DNA of 64,000 bases from Felis catus (lineage: Eukaryota): positions 153,514,001-153,578,000 of the forward strand of contig NC_058368.1 in the NCBI RefSeq assembly GCF_018350175.1. Reading direction: 5' to 3'. Under the pieces are notes generated by a model. The model was not told the origin of the DNA. It was given only the letters and a program-made list of their open reading frames with translations, and made no database searches. Made by a program: the position numbers and the translations under genes. Of the stretch, positions 24,794 to 38,657 are shown one piece after another; positions within the stretch are counted from its first letter, which is position 1, and each line of letters opens with the position of its first letter.

Positions 24794-26039
24794 CCCTTAG
24801 TATACATTGCTCCTTGTAGATGCTGTTAAGGGTCAAATTACGAGTCACCTGTTGCCTCATGCTTGTACTCTAGTAACACTGGACTCTTTATTTACCAAAT
24901 ATATTATCCCTTTGTGTCTTTGAGTGTTGTTCTGCCAGCAATGCCCTTCTCTTAAGTTTTCAAGTGGACAAATGCCTACTCATCCTTCTATCTAGTTCAA
25001 ATGTTAGCAACATTTCTCCTATGCTCCCTTGTAGCCATGCAAGCTTTTTCATGAATTTGTGAATAACAGTGATCACATTATTCGATGATTTCTTTGTTAA
25101 TGTGTATTGCGTTAACATTTAGCACAGTACCTGGAACGTTATAGCCAGTGAAAATTTACAAAACTAATCAATCACCTTAAATTGACATTGTCATTAGCTC
25201 ATCATTAATAGTTATTGTACAGCTATCCCAAGGCTTTCACATAGAGAATTAAATAGAATTCTCACATTTTAATACTATAGCTTTGCTCACTTCCCCCACT
25301 TAATTTAGGATATATGAATCAACAATATTCAGTGCTAAAGTATAAAACTGTGAATCTGTCCCAAATCACTTGATCATCCTGGAGAGGGTGATTATTGAGA
25401 AGCCTGCAGTTGAGCCAATTGGAGATCTGCTAGTAACCTGGCCATGCTACATTCCCTATGATTGAAGCAGTATCAGTCAGTGTGGCCTTCAGCCATATCT
25501 TTCGGTATACTAGAAATAGGAATGTGTTAAAAGATTTTTTAAAAAATTTGAGGCAATGATCTCATGATTGTTCATGATTAGGATTGACTTTTTAGGCCAC
25601 CTGGCCACATCTATTTGAAGCTTACAAAGCCCTAGTCTTCTTCCTTTTCTTCAAATAGGATAAAAACACACATGGGGAACCCTATTGATACTTCTGAATG
25701 GAAATCTATTTCTAGTGGGTGAGAACTTGTCTTTGAATATTCAGCTTTAAGCAGAAGTTCTGAAAGACTGCAAAAAACATCCTCTTCTTTAGAACCACAT
25801 TTTTTTCCCTTCTTACCATGGTCCTTATTAAACCTCTGAATTCCCAGATTCTGGACCCTGTCTTTCTAGTCCTACTTCCTGACTTTATTGATTTCCTGGG
25901 GCTTCTGTTTTTTTACTTACTGGGCTTTATCTCTGGCTTCTTATGACCACCCCTGCTACTATGTCACTTTCCAGGATACCTATATGTAGTTACCTGTATG
26001 TAATTCCTGTTTCTGCTCCTGTGTAATAGACTGTCTTTA

Positions 26040-26245
26040 AAATAATAAAAAAAAATATTTATTATTTATTTTTGACAGAGAGAGAGCGCGAGCGAGTGCA
26101 CACATGGGGGAGGGGCAGACAGATGATCCAAAGTGGGCTCTTTGCTGACAGCAGAGAGCCCAACGTGGGGCTCAAACCCACAAACTGTGAGATCATGACC
26201 TGAGCTGAAGTCACATACTAAGCAACTGAGCCACCCAGGTGCCCC
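26040..26245 (-). mobile_element. SINEC_Fc
   Basis: Can-SINE body. Confidence 0.92.
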
Positions 26246-26539
26246 TGAAAGAATTCTTTAAGCTACTTGAATCTAAATAGAAGGGAAGAAACAAAGTACA
26301 TGGAATTGTTGTGGGGCCAAGAAACACTCTTGATTTTGTCAGCAAATGAGAATTGCCATATTTCCCCTTGGCTTTAGAGCATCAGCCAGGGCATAAACAT
26401 GGTTGAGTGTCTGTCCTTACAGATAATACAATTTACTGAAACTATGAAATGTTGTTTCATTAAAAATACATGTACAAAACAACTCAGAAATCCATGATGA
26501 TATTTTATCTGTGGAATGCAAAATATGTATTTTTCTACT

Positions 26540-27000
26540 CAGTATGTCTTTGGGGGGACTATCCACTGTTCATTCTTGGTCAGTATAACCCAGAAGGACT
26601 GAACTCATCATGATGCCAGGGGTGGGCCACGCTTTGCTAATCAGTATCACACCTTCTTGGATGGAACAAACAATTCAGAGGTGAGAATGTTCCTCAACTC
26701 GATCCAAGTTAGTTTGAGTCTTTAGCAGAAACTCTTGGGAGAAAGACCCTCCCTTTTATTTTGGGTTACTAAACCAGTAGAAAGTCTTCCTGCAGCTATT
26801 AGTAGCTATCCTTACTCCCTCTCAGGAAAGGCATATTTGACAATACATTCAACACAGAGGGAGATAGAGTTAAGACAGAGAGAGACAGGGCTCTGATTAG
26901 AATCCACATTAGAGCAACTGGATTCAGCACATGCTTTCGCCATGTTAGGTAATAGATGCCCTTTTTGTTTTAAGCTGGTTTGAGTTGGTTTTTATCCTCT
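26540..27000 (+). mobile_element. Diverged MLT1-type MaLR LTR
   Basis: ggggtgggccacg...ctaatcagtatcac...agctatccttac...aacacagagggagatagag...tttttgttttaagctggtttgagttggttttt. Confidence 0.55.
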
Positions 27001-27212
27001 GTAATGGAAAGAAGCTTGACTAATTAAGTCAGTAACTGGAATATAACTTCTAGATGAGAAGTGTAATAGTTTTGTAATTGATATGCTTACTTTTCTTGTT
27101 GAAATAACATAGGGCTTTAAAGCCATGTGTCTTGTTTTCCTTATATAAAACGATGTCCCTTTGAGGAGGCTCTGTCTTACCAACAAGGCAGTTGATTACA
27201 TTGTGCTGAATT

Positions 27213-27406
27213 TTTTTTAAAGTCCATTCATTTATTTTGAGAGAGACAGAATGTGTGTGTGCGTGAGCGAAGAGAGGGGCAGAGAGAGAGGGAGAGTAAA
27301 TCCCAAGCAGGCTCCATTCAGAGCCCAGTCTCCCAAACCTTGAGATCATGACCTGAGCTAAAATCAAGAGTTGGATGCTTAATCCCCTGAGCCACCCAGG
27401 TGCCCC
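27213..27406 (-). mobile_element. Can-SINE with an internal deletion
   Basis: TSD cattgtgctgaatt/cattgtgttgaatt at 27199-27212 and 27407-27420. Confidence 0.92.
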
Positions 27407-30400
27407 CATTGTGTTGAATTAAAAATTCAAAACAAAGCAGTCCTCAGACAAATTTTAAGACACATTTATTACCTTGTTTTCTATTTGGATCATAAATCCT
27501 GGCACCTATTTCCTAAATATTAGGGAGAAAAATTTTCTTTTCCTCTGTTTATTTCCTGTGAGAGTATATAGATAATGATCCTTACAGAATGTACCAAACA
27601 GGGGAAACATGATTAAATGCATTTAAAGTTTCACTGGCTTTGGAAGAGCGTCTTTCCTCTGTCAGTTACAGAAATGGTTAGCTGAAGGATTTTCCCCCTT
27701 CTTTAGCTTGGGAATTTTCATTTCACTCTTTGACCCATCACTGAATTTGAGATGGCACAGTGGCCATTTCTTACGTCAGATCTTACCTTTTAAGGCTTCA
27801 AAGTCTGCCTTTTTGATTTCTTTGTTGTCTTATGAATATATGGGCTTGTCTCTGAGTAAATTTCCAGAATGAAGGAGAGCTTGGAAAACATCTCATTATC
27901 ACAAAAACACGGTTTCTTATGAGCTCTATTCCATATGTAAATACCCACTCATTTGAGTTTCTTTTCAATGTTTGGCATTTCAGTTTGTATACATCTACAT
28001 ATTTATATATAAATTATTCCACACACTTTAGGAGAAACTATTATGGGGGTGGCAAACATTATGTTAAATAATTAACATTTTTACAATTCGAAAGACTTCT
28101 TTCCTTTTGTGTTTTAAAAACACTATACTTTATAGCTTATGTGGTGGTGACATGGAAAGTTCTGCAGTTCAGATCCCTGGAATTTAAGTAACATATTTTA
28201 TTTTTGAATAATTAAAGTTCATTGTAATTGGAGATTTCTGTAGAAACGATTCAGCATATTTCCATGGTCTCTCTACCTTGTCTGTTCAATTGATGAGTTA
28301 CTGTTTCCAAACTTCTCTGAGAGAAATGCACCTAACAGCTTGTGATGCAAATTATGCACATACAGGATTATATATTTATACACACAGAGCAGTATTTGTG
28401 GTGGCACTTGGGAATGAAAATGGTGCTTCCGACCTCTGCTCACTGTCGGATCCCATTACACCACTCCTTAAAATTATGAAATGATGCTCCGTGGTCTGAG
28501 AGAGAAGTTCCAATGCCCATGCCTGCTGACATGCCTTACCTCTTGCATTCCCTGATTTCCAGTCACTCACACGTCCCAGGCTCTCATGTGCTTTCAGACT
28601 GCTGGGCTTTTGCACAGGCTGTTGTCTCAATCTGCAGTGCTCTCTGCCTGCTTTTGTCCCTGGCAAACTCAAGTCTCCATTTTAGTGTAGCATCTTAGAT
28701 AAGGACTTTATTGGCTGCTTTGAGTAATGTTTTCCTCTTTGATCTGGTGAACTTTTCATACACTATGATCACAGCAATTATAGTATTTGTAATTTGTTAA
28801 GATGTGATATTAACGTAGTGGACCAAGAACTGAGGCAAACTTTGTCTACCCTTTGCTGAATCTAAAGGCAAGGTGGCTTTGATATAAGAGTCATTGTTTC
28901 TTTGCTCACAACTGGTGGAAATAGACTAGTTTGTGCAGGAAGCCTACTTCTAAGACTAGAACTCTTTTACAGAAGTCACTTTAAACAAGTATACTTTTAC
29001 AGTTTTACTGATTTGGATCTACTGACCACTTCAAGATTCGTTTACATAAACTTGAAGGATTTTCCATCCAAGAATATTCTCCTTTGTCCCTTGATGTGGA
29101 ATACAGGACACACGCATTAAATTATCTGCATCTGAGTTCAAGGAATTGGTTTAGATTTAAGACAGGAAAAATTCTGAGTGAGATGAGTGGAGATAGGCTC
29201 TAGAACTGGTCTTTCTGGGCTATACCCTAAAGCATCTGGCCCCACCAAAGCTAATTGTTGAGACAGTGCAGAGCCAACATTCAGATGAATCCATTCTCTG
29301 CTTGAATTACAGCCATATAAAACCCATTCCCGGGAATTATGACACTCATCCTCCTCATTGATGGAGGTGATGTTCGGTCATGGGAGGCAGCCACTGCATT
29401 GTGCCTTATTGTTTCTTACTCTCTAAAGACGCTTGATCCTTTTTGAGTGAATATGGTCACACAACCTCTCTTAAAAGAACCCAGGACACTAGAAAGTCTA
29501 AAGGATGGAGTGTAGGTATGGGATACAGGGCCCATAGCCTGCACAGTGCTGGATCACAGCAAAGATTTAGAGGGGGAAAGAGTACCAGTTTTGTTTGGTT
29601 TTTCTAGGTAGATGAAAGGATCATAAGATGTCAATAAAACTGAAAATGACCATATAGGATCAGATCTCTCTCCGTTTAAAGAGCAATGGTGGCAAGCCAT
29701 CCTGATAATGTTACCTCTCACTCTTAGCTTTACATGAGGGGTGTGTTGAGAGTGTGGTGGAATTGGTAAGAGAAGTCATTGTAATTTGAGCATTGGTCTG
29801 AAATGGCCCTGATTCCTAGGTAGTGATAATAAAAACTCCTAAGATGATACAGGCCAAATGTCTCTGCCTTCCGTGTCTTCATTTCTATTATCCCAAGATG
29901 TAGAGGCCTGAATATAGGGGGAAATGAGTCCTCACTAGTAGTAAAAATATTTGTCTATCACATGTCTTTTAAATGTCTTTCCCCCTTTTCCATATGCGTA
30001 TCTTGCAGCACATTCTTAGTCTTTTCATTTCAGTATCCTCCGCATCCAGCGTAATGCCCAGGTCTCCATTGAATAAGTGAGTGCTGAATGAATGAATGGT
30101 GATGTATCGTTCCTTTTGAGGAATAACATACATTTATGAGACTGCTGATTTGCTTGTTTATATCAAACCTATGACCCCCCAGGAGCATGACCCTCTGTCA
30201 CTGTTCCTATATCAATATGTCTGTTGCTAACTTCTGTTTTAAAACCTTTTTTGAAGTTGTACACTGACAAGATCAATGCAAAAGTCTATGAATGCCATTA
30301 TTTTCAGCATTCACTCATTTTAGAAGAAAAGGAAACTTCCTTTCCTCACCTCCCACAGCCTGAAGAAAGTTTCCTTTTTGAGAACAAAAATTACCATTTG

Positions 30401-31593
30401 TTTCAAGCTTTCCCTTCAATTATAGCAATTTCCACATGTTTTAAAACTATTCTCAGCAAAAGAAAAATCAACATTTGCACTTTGATGCATAGGCTAATCT
30501 AGCAGCTACAGGTTTAAAGGCATCATGGCTGTGACAAATAATTTGGAAGGTTTTCTTTATTTTCTCCTGGCTATTGCCCATGTTGCCTATGAACTCAGAA
30601 GCAGGACAACCGAAACTGTTTTTTGAGTGCTGTTAAATGGTCCACATAACGTGGACCTTGATATGCACTATCAAACAGCTTGATCTTTTCTTAAGGAGAA
30701 GACAGCATACCCACTTAGCTGCAGTTTTCCTCTTTATTTTTTATGTTTCACAGACTTTGGTTGGGAGGACAGTAAGGGAGCATCCAGTGCAATCAACCAG
30801 CTGTGGCCTGCCAATTCCAGTTCCTGACAGGTAGCAAGCTGGATTCTTGGCTGTAAAGAATCTCAAGCAGTTTCGATATGCTCTAGGGAGGGCAACTGTT
30901 TAGCCTAAGCAATTCAAAGAAGCATAATTGTGCTTCACAGTACACAGAAAGTCACCACATCTGTTTCATATTTTTGGCTTTTAGAACTGAACTAGAACAG
31001 AGAAATAAACATACAGCTTTGAATATAGAGTAAAAACAAGTTCATGGTGCACAGATGAGCATATTGTATGTAACTCAGTGAAAATTTCCTTAATGAGGGT
31101 TTCTTTTGGTAAAGTGAGAAATATTTCTGGTGTTAATCAAGGTTTTTTAAAAAAGATTTAATAGAAAATATTATCTATTTAAATGTCAAGGCAGCCTATC
31201 ATTCTCCCTTAAATCTATTATAGTCAATTGTTGAGATGCCGCGGCGGCGTTCACGTGACCTATTGCAAATATTTGGGGAGTCATCTGCACTGCATTAGCC
31301 TTTCTAGTGGTAGTTATTTAAAAAATAATTTGGATGTAGTAGGCTAAAAACATTCAAGGCAATGAATTAGAACTTCATTAACCACTTTCATCTTTTATTT
31401 TGGTTCAAATGTAAATGCAGTCATTTGATATCTAAGTGTATATAATATGTGATGACTGTCTTTTAAAAATGTAATCTAGCAGAAAATACATCTTAATTTG
31501 AATGTAGCACTGTTTTAAATATAATTTTAATATCCTTCAGCATCTGGCGTCTCAAAGAATGAGGTCATTTGAGGTTAAGAAACTTTTCCCTGC

Positions 31594-31620
31594 AATAATA
31601 ATAATAATAATAATAATAAT
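31594..31620. repeat. (AAT)9 microsatellite
   Basis: Direct reading. Confidence 0.95.
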
Positions 31621-31867
31621 CTTCAGACAAACAGTGAAAAAGGCAAGTACTTAATCTAAACGATCAGATACCATGGAGAAAAGGGAAGAAAGAAACTGAC
31701 ATGCACCAAGGCTTTCCTTTTACCAGTGTCTTTACGTTATGATGCTTATGTATTTCCCACAATAGCTATCATGTACATAATATTTTTGAGATCTTCCAGA
31801 TGAAGAACTTGACATGAAATAATTACCTCAAATATTATGAGATATGCCCTAATCATACTCAGATCCC

Positions 31868-31917
<50 letters not shown>
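31868..31917. repeat. (TTTC)n tetranucleotide microsatellite
   Basis: Direct reading. Confidence 0.95.
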
Positions 31918-31919
<2 letters not shown>

Positions 31920-32064
31920 TTGGAGTTACGTGTTTTTGTATTTTTCTAAAAGTTCTTTCTAGTAGTCTGTAAGCTCTATGAGGTCAAGGACTACGTCTGT
32001 CCTTCATTATATACCCAGGGACCTGCTTACATATAAATAGAGGCTAATTGATATTTATTGACAG

Positions 32065-32270
32065 TGATAGATGCCTGGCCCAGTTCTAAACTACTTAAAT
32101 ATATTAACCCTTTTAATCCTCCCCCCAAAACTTTGAATGGAGTACTATTGTCCCTACTTTATAGACATGTAATGCAAAGCACAGAGAAGTCGAGTAACTT
32201 GCCAAAGTCATGCAGTTAAGTGGAAGAAGCAGGATTTGGGCCCTGGCAATCTGACTTTATCTCTGCCCAT
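32065..32270 (-). mobile_element. MIR
   Basis: cttttaatcctc...actattgtccctactttatagac...gcacagagaagtcgagtaacttgccaaagtca...ggatttgggccctggcaatctgact. Confidence 0.75.
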
Positions 32271-32476
32271 GGTTTTAATTATGAAATGGGCTCTTGGCAC
32301 AGTCAGAAATTATCTGAAGTTAAGGTCAAAAAAGACCTCATTGACAGAATTAGATGTTATGGTAACTTATCATCACCCCTAGACATAGTATTTATTCATT
32401 TCACAAAAAAAGCATTGTTTCCCTGCCAATGTGCTAAGCACCTTTTTAAATTTCCTTGCTCAGACCTTACAGGAAC

Positions 32477-32477
<1 letters not shown>

Positions 32478-32534
<57 letters not shown>
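32478..32534. repeat. (GT)n microsatellite
   Basis: Direct reading. Confidence 0.95.
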
Positions 32535-32537
<3 letters not shown>

Positions 32538-33764
32538 ATCTTGTTTCTTCTAATTTACAGATGGGGAAACTGAGGCTATAAAAGTTTAAGTAATTTGGCC
32601 TTGGTAAATGTTGGTTAATTAGCTCACAGTCCTAGGCAGGACTTGTTCAACCCCAAACTCAGTGCTCTGTGTCACTACACAGCCTTGAAAACTCTTTGCC
32701 TTTTCTGACTCTTAATACATTACGGGTAAGTGTTATTAGCCAAAATGACACATAGAAAGACACATAGAAAGACATTAAACTTGTTGATTTTTGGCTTCCT
32801 TTCTTCTTACTTAATGATTTGGGCTTTGTGATAACATGGGTCTGTCTCTTCCTGCCTTGAAGGAAAAGCAAGGCAGGGCAGATGCTCACCTTTGTAACTG
32901 ATTTAGGCTGACAGGAATTTAGTGTAGCCCTGAAGTTATGGACCAAGAGCCTTCATGATTCTGTGCCGCAAGCCAGAAAGAATAAATTATGCTGTTCCCT
33001 TCTTCTGTCATTTTAAATCTGTAAAGGAATTGTGTGCTATAAAAACTTGAAACCTGCTCCTCTATTGTTAACGTCTGATTTTTTTTTATAGGCTGTCAGA
33101 GATTAGAAAGAGAGGCTGCACAGTTCAAGCATTATTTTCAATCGGGTACCTATCACACATTTTTATATCAGGAAGCTAGCAAGTATTTGTTAATTACAGC
33201 GATCATATAATCTTTCAAATGCAAATAGTCTGACTCAGATTTCAGTTTGTTTGGTACCAAGCAATGAGGAAAGAATGGTATAGCCTGATCCTTGTTTTCC
33301 TCCCATCTGTGTGCACCAGGCAATCACCACTTACAGATGGTTGTGATTCAGAGACAGGTTGCCACATGCGAAAAAAGTATGTTTCAGTTATTTTAATAAG
33401 ATTTATTGCAGTAGTCACAGTTAAATGCTTAAACCTTAATGATAATTGCTGCTAATCTTTCAAGAAAATGATTAGAGTTTAATAAACCTCAAGAAGGATA
33501 TTTTGCTCTAAACTTCAGTGAAATTACAAAGGTAAATTTTATGTTTACTCCCTCATCTCATAAATCAGAATGCCACATATGCCTTTTTCCATCTTCTGAA
33601 ATTGGATTTTATATACACATACACATTTATATTACATGTATTGGGGACTAAGTAAGACCCCTAATTTCTATGAAAAACATAATGGGTTAAGGTGACAACA
33701 AATAATTCTGAACAAATACACCAAAAAGATTGCTAGTCAGCTTTGAGGTGTTCTTTATTTCCCC

Positions 33765-34510
33765 TTTTTTGTGGTAAAATATACATAACCCAAAATTTAT
33801 TTCGGAATTTTTAGTGTACAATTGAGTGACATTAAGTACATTCACGGTGTCATGCATCCATCGTTACCATCCATTTCTAGAATCCTTTGATCTTCCTAAG
33901 CAGATCAACTTACCTTGTCCCCATTAAATAATAAACTCCCCCTTAGCCCAGCCCCTGATGACCTCCATTTTGCTTTTTGTCTCTATGACTCTGCCGTCCT
34001 ACAGACCTCGTATACATGGAATGACATAATTTCTGCCATTTTATGTCTGGCTCATTTCATGTAGTGTGATTATTTCACTTAGCATAATGTTTTTAGGTTT
34101 CATCCATATTTCAGAATTTTATTCCCTTTCATGACTGAATAATATTTCATTGTATGTATGTACCGTATTTTGTTTATCCATTCATCTGTTAGTGGATATT
34201 GGCATGGACATTGAGATGGACATTGAGACTTTTTGGGCTGCTGGGAATAATACTGCTGAGGACATTGGGGCACACATATCAGATACCTTGCTGTGAATTC
34301 TTTTGAGTATATACCTAAGATTGGAATTGTTGGATCATATAATAATTGTATGTTTAACTTTTTCAGGAGCTGACAAATTGTTTTTCACAGTGTCTGTACC
34401 ATTTTCTATTTCCACTAGCAATGCATGAGGGTTCTAATTTTTCTACATCCTGGCCAAAACATGATATTCCTCCTTCCTCCCCTTTAAATAATAACCATCC
34501 TGGTAGGTGT
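33765..34510 (-). mobile_element. Old L1 (L1MB-like) 3' end
   Basis: gtggtaaaatatacataac...acattaagtacattcac...ttttgtttatccattcatctgttagtgga...ggaattgttggatcatat. Confidence 0.85.
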
Positions 34511-34529
34511 TTATCTTGAGATTAAAAAA

Positions 34530-34731
34530 CTTTTGTTAATGTTTATTCATTTTAGAGAGATAGAATTCAAGTGGGGGAGGGGCAGAGAGAGAGGGAGACA
34601 CAGAATCTGAAGCAAGCTCCAGGCTCTGTGGTGTCAGCAGAGAGCCCAATGTGGGGCTTGGACTCACAAACCGTGAGCTCGTGACCTGAGTTGAAGTCAT
34701 ATGTTTAACCAACTGAGTCACCAGGAGCCCC
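34530..34731 (-). mobile_element. SINEC_Fc
   Basis: Can-SINE body. Confidence 0.93.
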
Positions 34732-35137
34732 TAACCTTAAGAGTTTAAGTTAAATAGATATTTTGAGTAATCCTGTGAAAATATTTTAGTTAGTAATTTT
34801 ATGCAAACTGTCACAAAGTTGGTAATTGAGAATAATCTTTATTTACATCCATTATTTGTATTTGTTGCGTTAATGTCCTTGATTCTTGACTCTGAATAGG
34901 ACTCTGAATAGGAAAGTTCCTTTGCTTAAAGGTGATGTCAAAAAGCACATATAAATGATGTTTAACCATTTGTGAAAGCTTAAATGGATAAGTAGTTTTA
35001 TCTTAGTGTATAAAATAAGGTAGCAATAAAATTTGTAAATGCATGTAAGAGATGAAACAGTATAGCTTAAAAATCAGGGCATTTCTGTTGTTTTTCAGAT
35101 AGGTTGATGTGTGTTTGCTAAGTAGGTTGAGATAGGA

Positions 35138-35138
<1 letters not shown>

Positions 35139-35176
<38 letters not shown>
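35139..35176. repeat. (AC)n microsatellite
   Basis: Direct reading. Confidence 0.95.
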
Positions 35177-35178
<2 letters not shown>

Positions 35179-37469
35179 CTGTAATCAGGATTATCGTAAA
35201 GGAGATATGAATAGATTAAATGGGATCCTCATAGATATCAAAACTTGGGATACCCTCATTGACCTTAGATTTTAGGGTTTGTTTTCAACAGAGGATGCAC
35301 TGGTATTATGAGGCTACGCTAACGGACAGGTAGAATCTGTTTGGCACATTCCAATTAGGCTTTTTCCTTTTCAAGCCAGAATTTGAATGGAATTTGTACC
35401 TTATTAAAGATTTTGCTGTCATAACCCTATACTTGTGACTGGGAGAAATGTGGAGACTGGGTGTTGGGTGTAGAGTTGTACATTAGAGAGATCACTAAGA
35501 GGGGAACTGGTCTTCCTGTTTTGGGGAAATAAAATCAATGGGTATCAAGTTTTGATTGAAGGTAGCTACAAACCATCTGTTAGATACATTTTAAGGTTTA
35601 GTATTTCATTTCTTGTACTAAACACCAACATTTTATCACCATATAATTCTAGGTTATACGGCTTCTGAGCTTCAACTTTGGGTCATGTCTGAAATAAAAG
35701 AAGTACTTATTTATTTGTAGTTTTAAGATGAAATAACTTAGTTGTATTTTTTTCTCCAGAATCAAGTTCAACACTTTTTATAGAAGTATTATGTAGAAAA
35801 ACTTGTTTAAGAAAATAGAAACAAATGAAATAATTCTTCTTTGAGATCTGCAATGTTGATAGCATTTTCACTGAAACCATGTGATGTTTGTTTATAAGTA
35901 AACAAGTTTATAGTAACACTTAAGGTATTAGTGCTAAAACAAATGTTTTGTAGTTCTGGTCAGGGCACTGTAAAATATAAATCAAATAAATTGTGTCCTT
36001 TTCTCAGACAACTTACACTCCAAACTGCATGGAAGTGTGTAGGAAGTTGAGATACTGCATACATATTTAAAATACAACCATAAATGAGATATCACATTGT
36101 CAGGAACAGACAATATTCTCATTGTACTGGGAAATGCACGTTAGCCTGGGTAGTTGTGGAAAGAATGAATCATAGCCTCTCTTCCAGTGAATGACTCATG
36201 GCTGGTTGAATGGAGGTGGGAGTTTCAAGCACCCTTTCTTTGAGTGATGGAAAGAATTTTTCATCATTTTATATATTATTCAATATCTCTGTCACTGTTG
36301 CTGTTGATAAATGATATGAAAAATGATCATTTATCATTTAAAATCAATTGAGATATTTACAACTAATACTTTCCTTCCATAGATCTGGAAGTGCTTTCCA
36401 AAAATCAATTAATTTGTGCAATATACTACTGTAAGGTTAGTCTTATTATCACCATTTTATGGACAAATTCAAAGCAAGAGAGGTTAATTAACCCATCACA
36501 GAGTCCAAAGGGCCGAGTGGCAAGGCAAAATGGACTGAGCACCAACTTGAAGGCCAGGAACTCTGCTTTTAGCATGGATTTTAATTGATTTAGATCAGTT
36601 TCTCCAGCCTAAAAAGCACAAGCAATAATTCTGAATTATCATGCAGCAATATAATGTGGATTAAATAATTAATATTCTGAAGCCCTTTATAAATGTGAAT
36701 TATTATTACTCATTTTAGCTTTAGACCACTAAGTCGGCCAAACTACCTTCCAGCACTGGTGACTAAAGTGTAAATTAATTGGCTAAGTGAGAAATTCATC
36801 TCACACATTTCCTGCTGAGAGATAAGAGATTCCTCTCTGCTGATTGGAAATCTATATATACAATGGTGCATTTTACTCTGCTTCCCTTAATGTATGTGTT
36901 TGTATTCAATTCCCTGGGAATTCATCTTATACAGGGAGATCCATGCTCAAAATATTAGCTTAAAATGCTCATGTTTCTTTTAGGAAGGCCTGTCTCCCCT
37001 TTTCTAGAGATGCACTTTTAGGAATATTGTCATGTGGTCAGCCAAACTAGTAGTTTGCTTTTCTAATCTTTCACACACATGCTGGGAAAGATTACAGAAA
37101 ATGCTATTTTCTCCAAAGACACACTGTCCTGGCTTATCAAGTTTTGTGCTTATGTTTGGTGCTTTTTCAATAAATGTATATAGGGAACATTATATTAGAA
37201 ATCTTGGGGTTGCTTTATTAAGTTTTTTTCCCTTAACCATTTGATTAGGAAAGTTATTGTTAGAGAGACAAAAACTCCCAAACTCTTCTTTTAAAGGAAG
37301 GAAGGGCTCAGGTTTGAAAGACCGGAAGTCTAAAAGTAATTATCAGCTTTATACCTTTTCAGGAGGATAAGGAAGTCTGTCTACAGAATTCTTAATATAT
37401 CAATGGATAAGTAGTAAGAATTATTTTGAAGATTGTATTAAGATAGATTTTCAGTTATTCATTCCACAA

Positions 37470-37503
37470 TTTTTTTATGTTTTAAAATGTTTATTATTTA
37501 TTT

Positions 37504-37548
<45 letters not shown>

Positions 37549-37722
37549 AAGCGAGCTCAAGCAGGGGAGGGGCAGAGAGAGAAAGGGAGACACAGAATCC
37601 GATGCAGGCTCCAGGCTCTGAGCTGTCAGCACAGAGCCTGAGTGGGGCTCAAACCCACGAACCATGAGGTCATGACCTGAGCTGAATTAGAGGCTTAACC
37701 AACTGAGCCCCCCAGGTGCCCC
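37470..37722 (-). mobile_element. SINEC_Fc with expanded (GA)n, inserted at an L2 3' end (L2 continues ~37725-38050)
   Basis: Can-SINE body. Flanks read attcattccaca... and ...gagcatccgttatatgccaggcacagttgtagatgctg. Confidence 0.92.
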
Positions 37723-38657
37723 TCAACAAGTATTTTTTGAGCATCCGTTATATGCCAGGCACAGTTGTAGATGCTGAGACTAAACACTAGGACTTTGCTG
37801 TGTATCACTTACAGTTAACAAATGAAAAAGTAGGTGTGTGAATATGTGTTCTAAGTCAGTTAGCTAAAAGCTAGGAAAGTACAATGAAACCAAAAGGGGA
37901 CAGAATATAGTGGGATTTCTGTTTTTAAAAGGGATGGTCATAAAAAGAGGAGATTGAGAGTTGAGCAGTTGGAAGGAGGTAGCAAGCCTTATGGGTATCT
38001 TTGGCAAGAGCATTCCAGGCAGAGGCAATAGTGAATACAGGAGCCCTGAGAAAGGAGTATGTGGAGGAGCAGGTGTGGTAGTGATTCTAAGGGACATCAC
38101 AGGGCTTAGGTATTTGGAAACATGCTCAGTTCTCTGAAAATAGCTGAAAGACCTTTGGAGAAAGAAATTGTGCACGTACACATGCAGGAAGATACTGTAA
38201 ACCCTTGAACATTGGCATGGACTATCAAGAGCTAGCAGATACCCGGTTTGCCAAGAGCTAGCAGAAGCTTGACTTACTAATTTCAAGGATGTTTAGTGAA
38301 TCATTCTTGATTTTTCAAAACATATCAAGTATCTAATTATGAAGGCAGAAGAGTAAACTTGTACTGAGGAAATGTATGCAATTTGGGCAACTACATATTG
38401 GGTCAGAGAGCCCACTGGATAACCCAGACAAATCAGTAGAGTGCACAGTGGTTTGTGTATCAACAAAGCATAATTTTTGCCTTTAATTTCTTTTATTTAG
38501 GTAAAAATCACACACCATAAAATTTACAAAGTTGTATAAACATCACCATTGTCTAAATCCAGGATGTTTTCATGATGCCACTAGTAGTCATTCTCCTCCC
38601 ATTCCAGCCCCCGCACTGGCAACTGGTAATCGGCCTTCTGTTTTTGTGAATGTGACT

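Noticed and set aside
31236..31300. CPEB3/HDV-like ribozyme because of the gcgttcacgt string
   Set aside because: Only about 10 nt match, and I cannot build the P1/P2/P4 nested pseudoknot.
33070..33150. Plus-strand exon after tttttttttatag
   Set aside because: The acceptor is plausible but the nearest donor (gtacct) is poor and the peptide is unrecognised.
32747..34911. Short tandem duplications (gacacatagaaa twice at ~32747; atggacattgag twice at ~34204; gactctgaatag twice at ~34888) as an array system
   Set aside because: These are unrelated two-copy slippage duplications with no repeat-spacer architecture, and CRISPR is not expected in a mammalian genome.
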